Below, one piece after another: positions 51,501 to 64,000 of a stretch of DNA of 64,000 nucleotides. Under the pieces are notes generated by a model. It had not been told where the DNA came from. It was given only the letters and a program-made list of their open reading frames with translations, and did not search any database. The position numbers and the translations under genes are program-made. Positions within the stretch are counted from its first letter, which is position 1; every line of letters starts with the position of its first letter. Origin of the DNA: Azolla caroliniana (lineage: Eukaryota; Plantae; Polypodiophyta); contig JBHGNT010000007.1 in the NCBI GenBank assembly GCA_043228905.1, forward strand, positions 5,022,001-5,086,000, given 5' to 3'.

Positions 51501-54500
51501 TTGTTGAGGGAAGAGGCCATAGGAGAAGCATTGTTAAACAATATTGTATAAGATGAATATCTCGATGAAAGCATCAGGGAATAAAATGTGTCACAATTTT
51601 GATAAGAATGTTGAAGACTGAGAAGTGATATCTTGCATTTCTGAACTGTTGCAGCTGATGGATTATACTTGGAAAAGTTGTCTGCTCACAAGTTCATATT
51701 ATTTGCTTTAAAATTTTGATAGCACATGTACATTCTCATCTGGAATGATTTTGGTTATTTGATTCTTGTTTAATTTCATGTCTATTGTTTTGGAGAGCTC
51801 TGCCCTAGAGATTGACATCATATATCTGAATTATTAGAGTTCTGATCCTGAATGCTAATTTTGATTTTCTATTTATTAGGATCCATATGCTCGTGCCCAA
51901 GCAGCTGGACAAGACTCCAATTTCAGTGGTGGTGCATTTTTCAACCCGGTTGGTATTTCTTGGTCATTCTAGTTTGGGCTAGTGCTAAGGTGTTGACTTG
52001 CAATAGTAGTTAAAAATTAAAAGGCACAGATGATGTATGTATTTACATCTATTTATCTTATATATGCATGAACATTTTTTTTGCGTATGCATATGCTGTA
52101 CCCAATTGAATAATAATTCTATTTACTGTGTCGTTCCTAAGGTTTGGTTTTGTTTTGAGAGTTCTGATCATTACAAATTGTCGTTTATATTTTATAACAT
52201 TCCTTATCTCTTGTATCTACAGATTCTGGAATTCATTTAAACTGAGAAACATTTTCTAGATGCTTCATATTTGAGATAATTTGTAGCCCAAGAAGTGACA
52301 ATCTTACTGACTCCTGGGAAAAGCTTTTCTGCTGAATAAGAATCTCATATATGATAAATTTTTCCTTTTTCTTTTTAAGCCTCCTAAATAAGCCAGGAAT
52401 TCCATTTATTTTCTCCTGTTATAAAATATATGCTATTAAAATCAGTATTTAGCGCCTTAATCAAATGCTGTTCGTATTTATTTTTGTTAAGCTTGTTTCA
52501 TGGCCTTTTCAATCTTCTATGGGTACATATGTTTCTAGAGATTATCTAAGTTTAGATGCTTCCCAAGGTACTGTCAAGTAAAGGTATTTGATTTTATTGT
52601 TCTATTAATTTAACCTTGAGACGGAATACGTTCTTCTAATCATGCAAATTATATTTCTGACCATGGAGGGGTGTGAGGCCGATGAGTATATATTATCTTT
52701 ATAATAATATGTATTGTATCTAATGCAACATGCAAATTTTAGCTTTTAAGATACATATCTTGATGCAGACTGCTAGAGTTCCTCAAGTTTCAAATAGTCG
52801 TATGTCACCCCTTCCCCCTGAGCCAGCAGCATTTGATCGAGATGTTACAGTTGATATACCACTGGGCAATACAAAGGTAAACGAAAATACTTAAATCTTA
52901 AGTGTTCCAATACTTCTGGATAATACTCATATCAGGGTCTCTATCAAGCAAAGGATATAATGTTTTCCATTTGACGGTGACAGGATTTAAAGAAGCGAGA
53001 GAAGGAACTGGAAGCCAGAGAAGCTGAGCTTAAAAAGAGGGAACAGGTATCCTTTTACTGATCCAGATTCCGTCTTTAATGAGGGTTGTTATTCACATAC
53101 ATCGCTTCTCTCTTTTAGGAACTCAAGAGAAAAGAGGAAGCAGCTGCAAGAGGTATTTTTTTATGTATCATGTGTTTCACTAAACTAAGATGCATCTGAT
53201 GCATTCCATCAAGGGCACAGAACTGTTATTGATGCATATATTTTTTTCAGCTGGAATTGTTCTGGAGGATAGGAATTGGCCACCGTTTTTCCCTCTTATC
53301 CATCATGATATTCCCAGAGAGATTCCAGCCCACTTGCAGAGAGTTCAATATTTTGCTTTTGCAAGCTGGTTAGGTATACATATGATTTCCTTGTTAATGG
53401 TTTGGGATCATATTTGATTTCAATGGTCTACAAAATTTTCTTGTTTTGACTACTATTACAGCTACTACTAGTTCTAACAATATTATTTGCAGGGATTGTG
53501 ACGTGTTTGGTTTGGAATGTCCTTGCTGTGACTGGTGCATGGATAAAACTAGATGCTCATGGTAAGAAACATGTTCACGATCCTATGTTATGCTTTTGGC
53601 ATCCATGTAAATTTAACCTATGTTATATTGTCGCAGATGTCAAAATCTGGTTTTTGGCTGTTATATATGCTATTTGTGGAATCCCTGGATCATTTGTACT
53701 TTGGTACAGGCCATTATATCGTGCCATGAGGTGTGTATTTATTTTAGATTTGTAGCTTTTTTTCTGTCTTTTGTAGACTGTAGTCTTGAGAATATTGATG
53801 TGGTCTATAAAAATCCTTATATGTTGGTTATATTTTAGGACGGAAAGTGCACTCAAATTCTCTTGGTTCTTTTTGTTTTATCTGGTAAGCTTGCTTGGTC
53901 TTCATATATGAAAGGAATATTGCATGCCAATGTGTACAAATAATTAATTTTGATATACTTCCATTTATGCACAGATTCATATTGGCTTTACAATATTTGC
54001 TGCTGTTGCTCCTCCAATTGTTTTCAGTCAGAAATCATTGACGTAAGAGAGCCAAAACATGCCATTTAAAATATCTTGTGTTATCAGGTTTTTAGGCCTT
54101 TTTAGTGCAACAAAACACCAAAATGCTGTAACTTTTTTGGTACAATATCCCTAACTTTTTAAGAATTACCAGAGTACTCCTCTATGGAACGAATGTGCTA
54201 ACTACATGTGGTGGTATTCTGGTAGTTTTTGAGGACCTAGGCTATTCTGGTTACTTCACATTTGGCCTCTTTTATTTGTGTCAAACTTCCATTAAATCTA
54301 AATCCAGAGTTTTCCTCAGTGATGAATTTGTGGTTCTTATGTGGGGATAAGATGTGGACAAATATACTTCTGCATTATAAAATCTGGAAAATATAATTTG
54401 TGGCATAAAATTAGTAACTTGTAATAATATGAGTGGCATGCTTTTTTTTCAGAGGTATCCTACCCTTGATAGATATCATATCAAGTCAAGTTGGAATAGG

Positions 54501-54845
54501 AGTAAGTTCTCTCTCTCTCTTTAATATGCTTTCTTTTCTTTTCTTTCTTTAAAATACGCATATGATTTCCATTATACTGATGGGTTCTTTTCTTCTGATG
54601 TCATCAAAGATATTGTACCTCATTGGCTTTGCATTCTTTTCGTTGGAGGCTCTTTTAAGCCTCTGGGTCTTACAGGTAAGAAGAATATAAAAAGAGTTAT
54701 TTGTTCTTAAATCTATTATTCAGCTTAAATTTTTAATCTGAAATCTTGAGTTGCATTGTTTGTCTGGCAGCAAGTATACATGTATTTTAGAGGCTCTGGT
54801 AAGGCAGCAGAGCTCAAGCGCGAGGCTGTGAGAGCTGCTTTGTGA
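48585..54845 (+). CDS. SCAMP: Secretory carrier-associated membrane protein, 13 coding exons, 305 aa
   Basis: Exons 48585-48638, 51880-51948, 52769-52876, 52984-53046, 53119-53152, 53251-53373, 53493-53561, 53637-53730, 53839-53884, 53975-54042, 54453-54501, 54610-54675, 54771-54845; all GT-AG, 918 nt in frame; NPF motifs, [34 protein letters not shown]. Confidence 0.95.
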
Positions 54846-55112
54846 TAAATCCCATTCTCGTCAATGTATTCTCAACCATTGTTTTTATTTTTTTGTTGAT
54901 GGTAAATCCTCCCAAAAATCCAGCATATTCTATGTAATGTTTTTTTTCTCACAATGGAAAAGAGTCTAGGGTCATGAGTAAGTAGGCAAAAAACACATCA
55001 AAAGAGAGAAACATTATGTTCTTTTCTTTTATTAACCCTAGTGTAGGCTAGAAACAAAGAACGAAAGAATGAATGTCATGGGAAATGTGTTCTGGGAATG
55101 TATACCGAAGAA

Positions 55113-55554
55113 GGAAGGATATTCTCCAAGTGTGAAAGAAGACAAACTGAAGACTTTCAGGATTGCAATGTGTTGTAGATATAGATAGGGTTGCCCTTGC
55201 TTCAACCTAAACCTTTTCTGTTAGGGTTACCCTTTCTTCATCCTTTTCCTTTGATGATAGTATCTATGTACAATGATTTAACACTTCTATGATATTTTCA
55301 AATTTTCCTCTTGTGGTGTATGGTCACTGGTGTATCGTTTATGGAAGGATATTCTCGAAGTGTGAAAGAAGACAAACTGACGATTTTCAGGATTGCAATG
55401 TGTTGTAGATATAGATAGTGTTACCCTTGCTTCAACCTAAACCTTTTCTGTTAGGGTTACCCTTTCTTCATCCTTTTCCTTTGATGATAGTATCTATATA
55501 CAATGATTTAACTCTTCTATGATATGTTCAAATTTTCCTCTTGTGGTGTATGGT
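55113..55554. repeat. 230-bp tandem duplication downstream of the SCAMP stop
   Basis: 55113-55324 is nearly identical to 55343-55554; a short third copy of the end lies at ~55718-55746. Confidence 0.9.
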
Positions 55555-55747
55555 TTACCGTTTATGTAATACTTGAAGCGAAGTCCATCCTTTTTGTCTT
55601 TCCTCTCTCAATTTGTTGCTCATGCCCTTTGTTCTTTTATGTTTGGTATGAAAATGAAATAATTATCCATGTTCTTGGAAAACATGAAAATTATTCCCTT
55701 GTTTTTTTTTAAGTTGGAAATTTTTCCTCTTGTGGTGTATGGTTTAT

Positions 55748-57306
55748 TTTCTTTGCGAACATTGCCGATTTCATCTTGTGGGAGTCAAGAATGAACATTT
55801 GGTCGTCTCTTTGTCCTCGTGTGATTAGTCGACCTTCCTTTTCAATGAAGCAACCAACATTATTGAATATGACTTGCATGCTTTGTTGCACAATTTGGTC
55901 GACTAAGACCAAGTTTTTCATTATGGTTGGTACATGCAAGATGTTCATGATATAGGCTTGGTTGCCTTCATCGCTGAACTAGACATTATTGATGTGTCGT
56001 ATTAGATGCGTGGTGTCATCTCTAGTCTCCACATGGTTGGGTCGTTCTGGCTCTCTCAAGTCTTGAAACCATTGTTGATGAGACATCATATGGTTTGAGG
56101 TGTTAGAGTTGACAATCACGCATCTTTTGCATCGGACATATTGGTTAGATTAGATGCTGTCACAAAGTTTGCTCTATGTAGCCACAATCATTATAGTCGG
56201 AATTTGAGGATTTGAGGCGTAGTTGGTGAGTTGTCGGCTTGTGAAAGTCGACTCACTTTTCTATTTTCAACACTTTGCCTCATAGTGGCTGAATTTGCCA
56301 CAATATCTACACTAGATAGAGTTGTTTTGTCAGCTTGGTTCGACATGATGGCTCCCCCTTCTACCAAATGCTCCTTCTTGCGTGTTTGTCATGTATTGCT
56401 GATAGTAGAAGTTGTGCTCATGGGATTGCCTTTGGTTGTATTGGCCTTGGCCAAATTGATCCCTTCTTCCATGTTCGCACTCTCTTCCTCCGTTCGAATT
56501 CGAATAGAGCATTTGACCTTCTGATGCATTGCCCCTCATTCAAACGTGGTTTTCGTCAACCAATAGCATCAATTGGAGATTGGAGGGAGGATCTTCCCTT
56601 TCGAGGACATCCATCCTTATTGTGTCAAATCGGGGTGCTAGGCCTTTGACGCATATTTGCACCATCCCGTCATTGTTAATGTTAACATTGATTGAGCTGA
56701 GGGAGTCGACGAGCTCCTTGATCTTCAAGGTGTAGATTGCGATCAACATGTCCCTTTGTTGAATATTATTCAACTCTTGACGGAGTTGAAGTTTCCTTGT
56801 AGTCGTGTTGGTTGCGAAGATCTTCTTGAGGTCCCCCCACGCTTCTTTTGACGTTTTGGCCTCTCGGATATAGCCGAGCATGTGATCATGATGAATGCAT
56901 GATGCAAGGCAATACAACACACGCACGACTTTTCACTTGCTCCCATGTTGGGTAGTCTACGTGTGCTAGGTTGGGTTGAGATTCTGTGCTCCTTCTACAT
57001 AACTCCAATAGACTTGGCCGACAAGGTATTGGTGTATCTTGTATTCCCAAGATGCAAAGTTGATTCTATCCAGCTTTTCATTGGGAAGAGAGTTGCCCAT
57101 ATGAGTGTTCATGATGGTCGTCTGGTTGGAGTTATTATCCTTCTTCTGCTTTGGGATACGAATTGTGTAGAGTTTCTACTACAACGATCAACCAGTTCTT
57201 TGTGAACATTGGCGTAGCCATACCACACATGGGTGGGCTTTGATCAAGCTACCAATTGCTCTAATACCATGTAAGGAATTGGAATGATTCTCTGCATCGG
57301 AAGTGA

Positions 57307-57343
<37 letters not shown>

Positions 57344-57618
57344 ACAAAAGTATACACTGGAAAATTGTATATTAACAAGAATGACCAACCATTACAAAGA
57401 AGAGGAGTAGGTGCTTATATAGTCACCTTCTCCCTATACTCTTTTACTACAACTACCTCTTGGGAAAGAGGTGGAGACTTAACTACCTACTAACTATGTG
57501 TCATAGGAGTTAAGTTCTATGACACATTAGTTATTATACAAAGTGGTGGGGTGTTCACACACTTGGATGCTCCTAGGGTGTGTTCCCACACTAGGGAATT
57601 TGAGTTTGATTCTTAATA
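55748..57618 (-). mobile_element. Old copia 5' fragment (LTR ~57270-57618, gag-PR), related to D/H
   Basis: Degenerate PBS at 57259-57269; RVLYCLASC..DHMLGYIREAKT..RKLQLRQELNN; NILHVPTIMKNL. Confidence 0.8.
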
Positions 57619-57779
57619 GTATATAATGTATGGTTTATCCTTATTTTGAGTGTTTTTGGCAAAGTTAACCTTTGTTTTCTAATGACTCATGAGTAAACTC
57701 TATGCCCCAAGACATTCGTAGCTTTTGTGCATCTTTCAAAGTATTCGTTAAAAGAAGAACAAAAGTACTTGTGCTAGTT

Positions 57780-58290
57780 AAAAAAACCAAAACATATCCC
57801 ACCTCATAAATTCAAGAATTTATAGGCATATTTTCACTTGGTACTTCGAGGTCTTCTATATGTCTCCAACAATGATCATGGAGCAACTTATCAAAAGCTT
57901 TCTTGAAGTCTACGAATAAAGAATACAATCTCTTCATCTTGCTAACAAATTTATTCCTTTAGCTCTTAAAGAGTGAAAATGTAATCAATGATGTTGTGAT
58001 GTTTTCAAAACTTGTTTGTCTACATGTACTAGTTCCTAGTTCCGCTTCCATTACATATCCTAATAACTTTGTCATAAGAGAGACTACCATGATTGTCCAA
58101 AAATTATTTATATCTCATCCTTTATCTAAGGACTTGGTTCAATTTATACATGAGTTGGTATGCCTTGTTTAGCACATTAACAAACACATCACTTCAATTT
58201 TTTCCTACCACATATTCCCTTTCTCATATATTAAACATTTCAATATTGGTATCTTTAAGGCCTCCTACCTCATGAGTGGCCAAATTTCCA
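57780..58290 (-). pseudogene. Degenerate LINE RT fragment related to the intact LINE
   Basis: tcaaaagctttcttgaagtctac at ~57891 matches ~3853 (FVDFKKAFD); flanks align loosely. Confidence 0.65.
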
Positions 58291-59144
58291 AACCCTATGT
58301 ATACATCCTTAGTAGTAACGAAGAAGATATATATTAAAGAGAACCATAACATACAATCTTTCCCACATTTGGGTGGTGCTCATATAGGTTATGGAAGTCC
58401 ATAAGAGGTAAGTTACCATAACTCTTAACGCACTCCCCTTGTAGGTTTCTCCAACACTTAGAGAGAGGTGTGTGCTTATAATGCAAAGCAAAGCAATTGC
58501 CATGATAGTGACATGGTTTTTCCCCTATACGGGAACATGTCACGAACTTTGAGAAAGAGGAAGAAATCATGAAAAATAACTTTTTACGGGGAATCCTCTG
58601 TCTCTCTTCAAAGCATTACTAAATTATCAAAATTACATATAACAGTTTTAGCTTAGCACTGCCTTAGTTATGATCCAAGTTTTTCTAATAATCCCGAGTC
58701 CAAATGTCATTATATATGCATTGTCATTCTTGGATATCACTATAGCATCTAGTTGTTGAACAGATAACCTTCTCATCTCGGTCTTAAAACATCACAAAAC
58801 AAATCTATAACTTCTTTACCAAATGCCACTATGAAGTATAGAAGTTGAATGCATAAAACAACCTTATTAATTGAGGTACCAATACTTACACGTCTTTTAT
58901 TCTTTCTTGCGAACCGATTTATTGTCGAATTGAACTAAACCTACTTTATCTCTTTGTAGGACGACCTTACCAACTGATCTACAACTACTTTATTGGATGT
59001 GATTGTAGAGCATAGGGTGGTTGTCGAATGAACGACCTTCTCATCTCCATACAATGAGTTTCAACAACGATGTTGTGGATGGCTGGAAGTCATGGAATCG
59101 AGAGAGAACCTGAGTTTGAGCTGAATTTTTCAAAAACATGGGAT

Positions 59145-59380
59145 GGGCCAAACCTATAAGATCATATACGGATCATATTCGATTTTGCCAGGGGTTGGGC
59201 CAATCCTATAAGATCATATATGGAACATATTCGATTTGCGAGGGGTCGGGCCAATCCTACAAGATCATATACGGAACATATTCGATTTTTGGTAGGGGTC
59301 AGGCCAAACCTCTAAGGTCATATATGGATCATATTCGATTTTGCCAGGGGTGGTTGGGCTAATCCTATAAGATCATATTC
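59145..59380. repeat. ~52-bp minisatellite, ~4.5 copies
   Basis: Unit gggccaaWcctataagatcatatacggaWcatattcgatttt...gggg starting at 59145, 59197, 59248, 59301 and 59356. Confidence 0.9.
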
Positions 59381-59405
59381 AGCTCTCCAAGGGACTATAC
59401 GATAG

Positions 59406-59460
<55 letters not shown>

Positions 59461-60219
59461 CACTCACCATTGGCTATACCCGTCACATAGATCGCAATCG
59501 GTCTGCTGTAGACGCTAAAAAAGATATCTATCCATCGATAGATATGCATGGATTGTAGATACATACATACATGATACATATATATATGTGTGTGTATCCT
59601 TGTGTTTGTGAAGAGGGCTCTCTTTAGGAGTTTCTTTTGTTTGTATCCTTTGGAATCATCAATCAAAGTTCAATTTCCAATAGAGAAAAAGACATTATAA
59701 TAGAAGTACTCACTCAACTCACTCACTTTCCCAAAAACAATGGCTCCTAAATCTTCTTGTCTTGTCTTCTTCTTCTTCTTCTTCTTCTTCTTCTCCTCCT
59801 CCTCCTCCTTTCCTCTTCTTCTGCTTCTTGACTGCTTTCCCACCCATTCTTCCTGTGCACCTCAAAAACCCTAATTCACCCATTACACCCCCCCCCCCCC
59901 CCCCTCTTCTGTCATTCACCTTGATTGATGCAGAGGAAAAATGGAGAGGTGGATCAGGAAACGAAGACCACACACTCCATATTCCTAACACGCTAATAAT
60001 TCACTTTCCCCTTTCTTGGCATCCGGTACCCCATTCATTAGGTTATCTGACAAAATTAGAAATTCGCAGCAGAAACAAAGAAAACAGAAGAAAGAACAGG
60101 GAAATGTTTTGATTGCTATTCATTCATACAAGAGATTTTGTTTCCTGTTTTAAAAATTATATATATATATATATATATATCTTCAATCTCTGTGTTAGAA
60201 ATTGCTTAATAGATTTGGT

Positions 60220-61611
60220 ATGGGATCGATCGGATCGGATGGGGTGAATAATGGAGTCCAGGATCTGTCGCTGGCCCTCCCGGACGAGATTCTGGAGAAG
60301 ATCCTGGCCCTCCTCCCCATCTCCTTCATCTTCCGGGCGAGGGCAGTGTGCAGGAGATGGAATTCCATCACAACATCATCTCCGCGATTCTTCTCTTCAT
60401 GCAGCCATGGCTGCACCTCCACCTCCACCTCCACCTCCTCCTCACAGCCATGGTACTTCATGTTCAAGGAGTCTCAGAAGAGCTCCCAAGGATTGGTGTA
60501 CGACCCGGCATCCAAGAAGTGGCACAACTTCAGTCTCCCATCCCACCAAGCAGTAGCCATGGCCCATGATCCTACAGATGCTGCTTGTGCAGGCAGCAGC
60601 AGTAGCCATTATGTAGCCTACTCCAATGGAGTGGCGTGCTTCGCCGAGCATTCGCAGGGCCGGCTTGGGCTCTACCTGCTCAACCCGATGACGAGGGAGT
60701 GGCGGAAGGTTCCGGAAGACAGGCGGTCGGAGCGGCGGAAGGTTCCGGAAGAAGAAGAAGATGGGCGGTTGGAGCAGCGGAAGGTTCCGGAAGAAGAAGA
60801 TGGGCGGTCGGAGATGTGGAAGCTTCCGGAAGAAGAAGAGGGGCGATCGTCGGACCACTACTATGCGGTCTCGATGAGGGTGGAGGAGGATCTGGTTTCG
60901 GCTTCGGTGGTGATGGCGGTGGCCAAGTCGAGGCAGTTGATCCCCGATGACTACTCGAGATGGAGATTGAGTGTGGAGGTGTTGGATCCGGGGGGTTGGA
61001 GGACAGCCGCGAGCGAGGTGCTGGAGGGGTGGAGGGGCGGAGAGAATAGCGCCATTACGAGCGATGGCTTGTTCCATTGCGTGGTGCACTCCACTGCCAT
61101 GGTGGGCGGCCCGGACAATGCCCGGTCCCGCCACGCCCTAGTCTCGTACAACCTCTCAGCCTCGGGCCCAGGATCGGGCTCGGATGCCCGTGTCGGCTTC
61201 ATTCCCATGCCGTGCTCCTTAACTTGTGCCAAGCTCATGAACTGTGATGGCAAGCTCATCATGGTCGGGGGCATTGGCAAGTCGGACGTGGTCAAGGGCA
61301 TCGGGGTGTGGGAACTCGTGGGCCCCACCAATGAGTGGAAAGAGGTGTCTAGGATGCCCAACAAGTTCTTCCGTGGGTTCGGCGAGTTCGACGATGTGTT
61401 CTCAAGTAGCGGGACCAAGGGCCTCGTCTACATCCACGCGTTCGGGAGCCCCCAGTTGCTCATCTTCTCGCTCGAAGATCGCTCTTGGAGATGGTCACAG
61501 AAATGCCCCATGGTGAAGAAGCACCCTCTCCATCTCTTCACTGGGTTTTGTTTTGAACCAAGGCTTGGATGCATCCCCTTGGGCCCGGAGCACTTGAAGA
61601 AGAAAGCCTAA
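60220..61611 (+). CDS. HWS: F-box/kelch-type protein, HAWAIIAN SKIRT-like, single exon
   Basis: LPDEILEKILALLP F-box; PWYFMF, GWRGGE, FIPMPCSLTC, KGIGVW, GFGEFDDVF and WSQKCP..K.PL.LFTGFCFEPRL match the HWS family as I recall it; first ATG at 60220. Confidence 0.88.
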   Translation: MGSIGSDGVNNGVQDLSLALPDEILEKILALLPISFIFRARAVCRRWNSITTSSPRFFSSCSHGCTSTSTSTSSSQPWYFMFKESQKSSQGLVYDPASKKWHNFSLPSHQAVAMAHDPTDAACAGSSSSHYVAYSNGVACFAEHSQGRLGLYLLNPMTREWRKVPEDRRSERRKVPEEEEDGRLEQRKVPEEEDGRSEMWKLPEEEEGRSSDHYYAVSMRVEEDLVSASVVMAVAKSRQLIPDDYSRWRLSVEVLDPGGWRTAASEVLEGWRGGENSAITSDGLFHCVVHSTAMVGGPDNARSRHALVSYNLSASGPGSGSDARVGFIPMPCSLTCAKLMNCDGKLIMVGGIGKSDVVKGIGVWELVGPTNEWKEVSRMPNKFFRGFGEFDDVFSSSGTKGLVYIHAFGSPQLLIFSLEDRSWRWSQKCPMVKKHPLHLFTGFCFEPRLGCIPLGPEHLKKKA

Positions 61612-61778
61612 AGATGGTCGCAAAAGTGTCCCATTGTGAAGAAGCAACCTTTCCATCTTTTCAGTGGGTTTTGTTTTAAACCTAGGCATGGATGCATCCC
61701 CTTGAGGCCCAAGCACTTGAAGAAGAAAGCCTAAAGAATAATGATTGAGATGATAATTGTTTGGTAGTGTTCATTTTG

Positions 61779-61829
<51 letters not shown>

Positions 61830-62590
61830 GGTGAAAACACACAATTTATATTAATAAATGTGTGTGAAAAACACTACTTACAATGGGTATCACAAGTACA
61901 AGTGACTATGCTCACCCACATACTACATGGGTAGTGGAACATGTTGAATTGCCAATAGGCATCTCCTTGATCCTCTCTCTCTATGTGTATTAAGTTATAT
62001 AAAATGAATTGTTAAGGCTTGATGTGTCCTCCCTACTATCATTGTATGTAAGAGGTAAAAAGAAAAACAAGGACATTAAGTAGGCTTGGAAATCATCTCC
62101 TTTTTCTTTCTTTCTAACATTCCCACCTCTTTACATGTTTTCTTCTTTGGAACCTCATGTCATGACTTACCATCTCGTGTAGCTAGCTTGTACAACACTC
62201 TTCTTCCTTTTTAGGGTTCATATTAATATTGGGCATGATAGTGACTCTCAATGGCATAGTGGATGACGTTCGTCATTCATCACAAGTAGTAGCCCTCAAA
62301 TCTCCTCAGATTTCGCATTACCTAATAGATGTAATTGATTTGACTATGAATTTGCACTTCTCGTGGTGATTGAGTTTCAACTTAGTTTCCACACACAATT
62401 GAGACCGTAATGGTTAGTTAACAATAATGACTAGTGTGTTAACTAACTAGTGCACAATTCGGACTCAAAATTGGGCCTTATACAAATCCCATTTAATCGA
62501 TATTCTTTAGCATTGAGAGATGGTTAAAGATGAGATTACTAAAACCTTCTTGTGTAACCTCTAGATCTTAGTGCCAAGATTCCATAGTAG

Positions 62591-62750
62591 TGACAATTGC
62601 TCAATTTGGAGTCATGATATGAAAATCACAACCTTGCCTCTAAAGCACAACTCCAAATTTAACCAAGGGGTTGACAATGCTCAATTTGGAGTCGTGATTT
62701 GAAAATTATGACCTTGTCTCTAGAACACAACTCCAAAATTACCCAAGGGG
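62591..62750. repeat. ~81-bp tandem duplication
   Basis: 62591-62670 is similar to 62672-62750. Confidence 0.8.
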
Positions 62751-62859
62751 TAGCCTACTTCCTACAGATTGAGAAATGGGAAATATCCAAATGCTTCTAC
62801 GATTGAGAGACGGATGTTTTGGACTAATAATTTGGCCTAATCTAGAGGTAGTGTTTTTT

Positions 62860-63300
62860 CTCTTGAATATGTCTTACAAATAACTTCATGAAATCCATAT
62901 GGGAGATAATTATTAAAAATTTCCTAGACATGCTTTGGAAATTCATCAATACATTCCTCAACGTGAACTTATCGTTGTTGCCATAAAAACTCTTCCTTTT
63001 GTTACAAAAAGGTTTGCTAGTGGTCCTGAAAATTAATTCCCCTTGGTTGTCACCATTAATTCCATCTAGAAAGGAATAAATTTCCTTTCTCACCATATTG
63101 CCCAACTAATTTAATGATAATGGGAATGATCGATGATTTAGGTTCAAGTTAGTTCACTTGCACTTGTATCTTCTCAGGCACCACCACCCTTATTTGGGAT
63201 ATCTAGATGGTATTTCAATATAACTAGATGAAAATGTTCCAAACATTACATACAACTAGCGAAGGTGACCCATCGGATAGATAAGGCCATTGATGGATTA
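62860..63300 (-). pseudogene. Highly degenerate gypsy RT fragment
   Basis: EIYSFLDGINGDNQ resembles the gypsy YSFLDGFSGYNQ motif. Confidence 0.5.
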
Positions 63301-63343
63301 GGTAAGTTGAACGTGGAAGAGGCAGTTTGGTCAGGCTAGTTTG

Positions 63344-64000
63344 TGTCAAGACTGAGAGAGAGAAAGAGAGAGAAAAAGAGATAGAGAGATAATTGAAAGA
63401 GAATTATTATATTGAAGCGTAAAATGGATTACAAAGAGTAGGCTACAAAATGGCGTTGAACCAATTTAGGTTTGGGATGGGTGGTAGATCCCTATTTATA
63501 AGTAATAGAGAACTCTCTAGAATATTCTAGGTTATCCTAGAATGTAGAGTAATCTAGAAGATCTCTAGAGTATTCTAGAAGGTTCTAGTGGTATAGAACA
63601 CTCTAGAATATTCTAGGTCATTCTAGAATGTAGAGTAATATAGAATATTCCTATGATATTAGATTTCATATTCTAGAGACTATACATATAAGAATATTAA
63701 TACAATGGTTAAGGATTTGACATGTGTACAACAAGGTCGTGGGTTCAAATCCTTTCGAGTCATAATGTCAGTGTCATGATCCTTTCGATGCATGATGTGA
63801 CTGTTATCATGACACTATCCCCCTTCTTCGACGACACGTCTCACGGGTCGTAGGGTTTGTATTAGGACCTGGTTTACAAGGATATTGGCGATGAAATGCA
63901 TTGACGAGTTCTGCAGCATTGGAAAGATTTGTGGCAGGTTCCCAAGTTCGATCATTGGGGGTATAGCCTAGCCAATCGACCAAGTAATACAACTTGTTGC
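63344..64000 (-). mobile_element. Second copy of the chromovirus B family: 3' LTR (63344-63814) and chromodomain, running off the window
   Basis: Nearly identical to 10598-11254. Confidence 0.95.

Noticed and set aside
59145-59380. Minisatellite or LTR repeats as a CRISPR array
   Set aside because: No unique spacers, no cas genes, and a eukaryotic context.
60442-61418. Long antisense ORFs over the F-box gene
   Set aside because: Expected shadow of a GC-rich coding strand; no recognisable motifs.

Overview
This is plant nuclear DNA, most likely from a non-seed vascular plant such as a fern (inferred from the transposon families present). About 1-47 kb is a deeply nested pile of retroelements. 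It includes Ty3/gypsy chromoviruses with a non-tRNA, self-complementary primer site (Tcn1/Tf1-sushi type), two other gypsy elements, at least seven Ty1/copia elements or derivatives (several with readable 5-bp TSDs), a solo LTR, and one apparently intact two-ORF non-LTR retrotransposon (RTEX-like LINE) sitting in a (GA)n tract. The 48-62 kb region holds two host genes: a 13-exon SCAMP gene and an intronless HAWAIIAN SKIRT-like F-box gene. The main observations are: (1) LINE ORF1 and ORF2 are in one frame separated by a single UAG in an AAA-UAG-GGA context, ORF2 has no usable AUG, and the 17 nt starting 6 nt after the UAG can pair fully with the LINE 3' UTR 3.4 kb away, overlapping a local hairpin, which is reminiscent of tombusvirus long-range readthrough; (2) five different gypsy LTR families each carry an antisense tRNA-like A-box/B-box cassette in U3, and in the chromoviruses it lies just upstream of heat-shock elements, TATA and the self-primer; (3) two -1 frameshift signals with downstream stems or pseudoknots. 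All coordinates were read by eye and may be off by a few bases.
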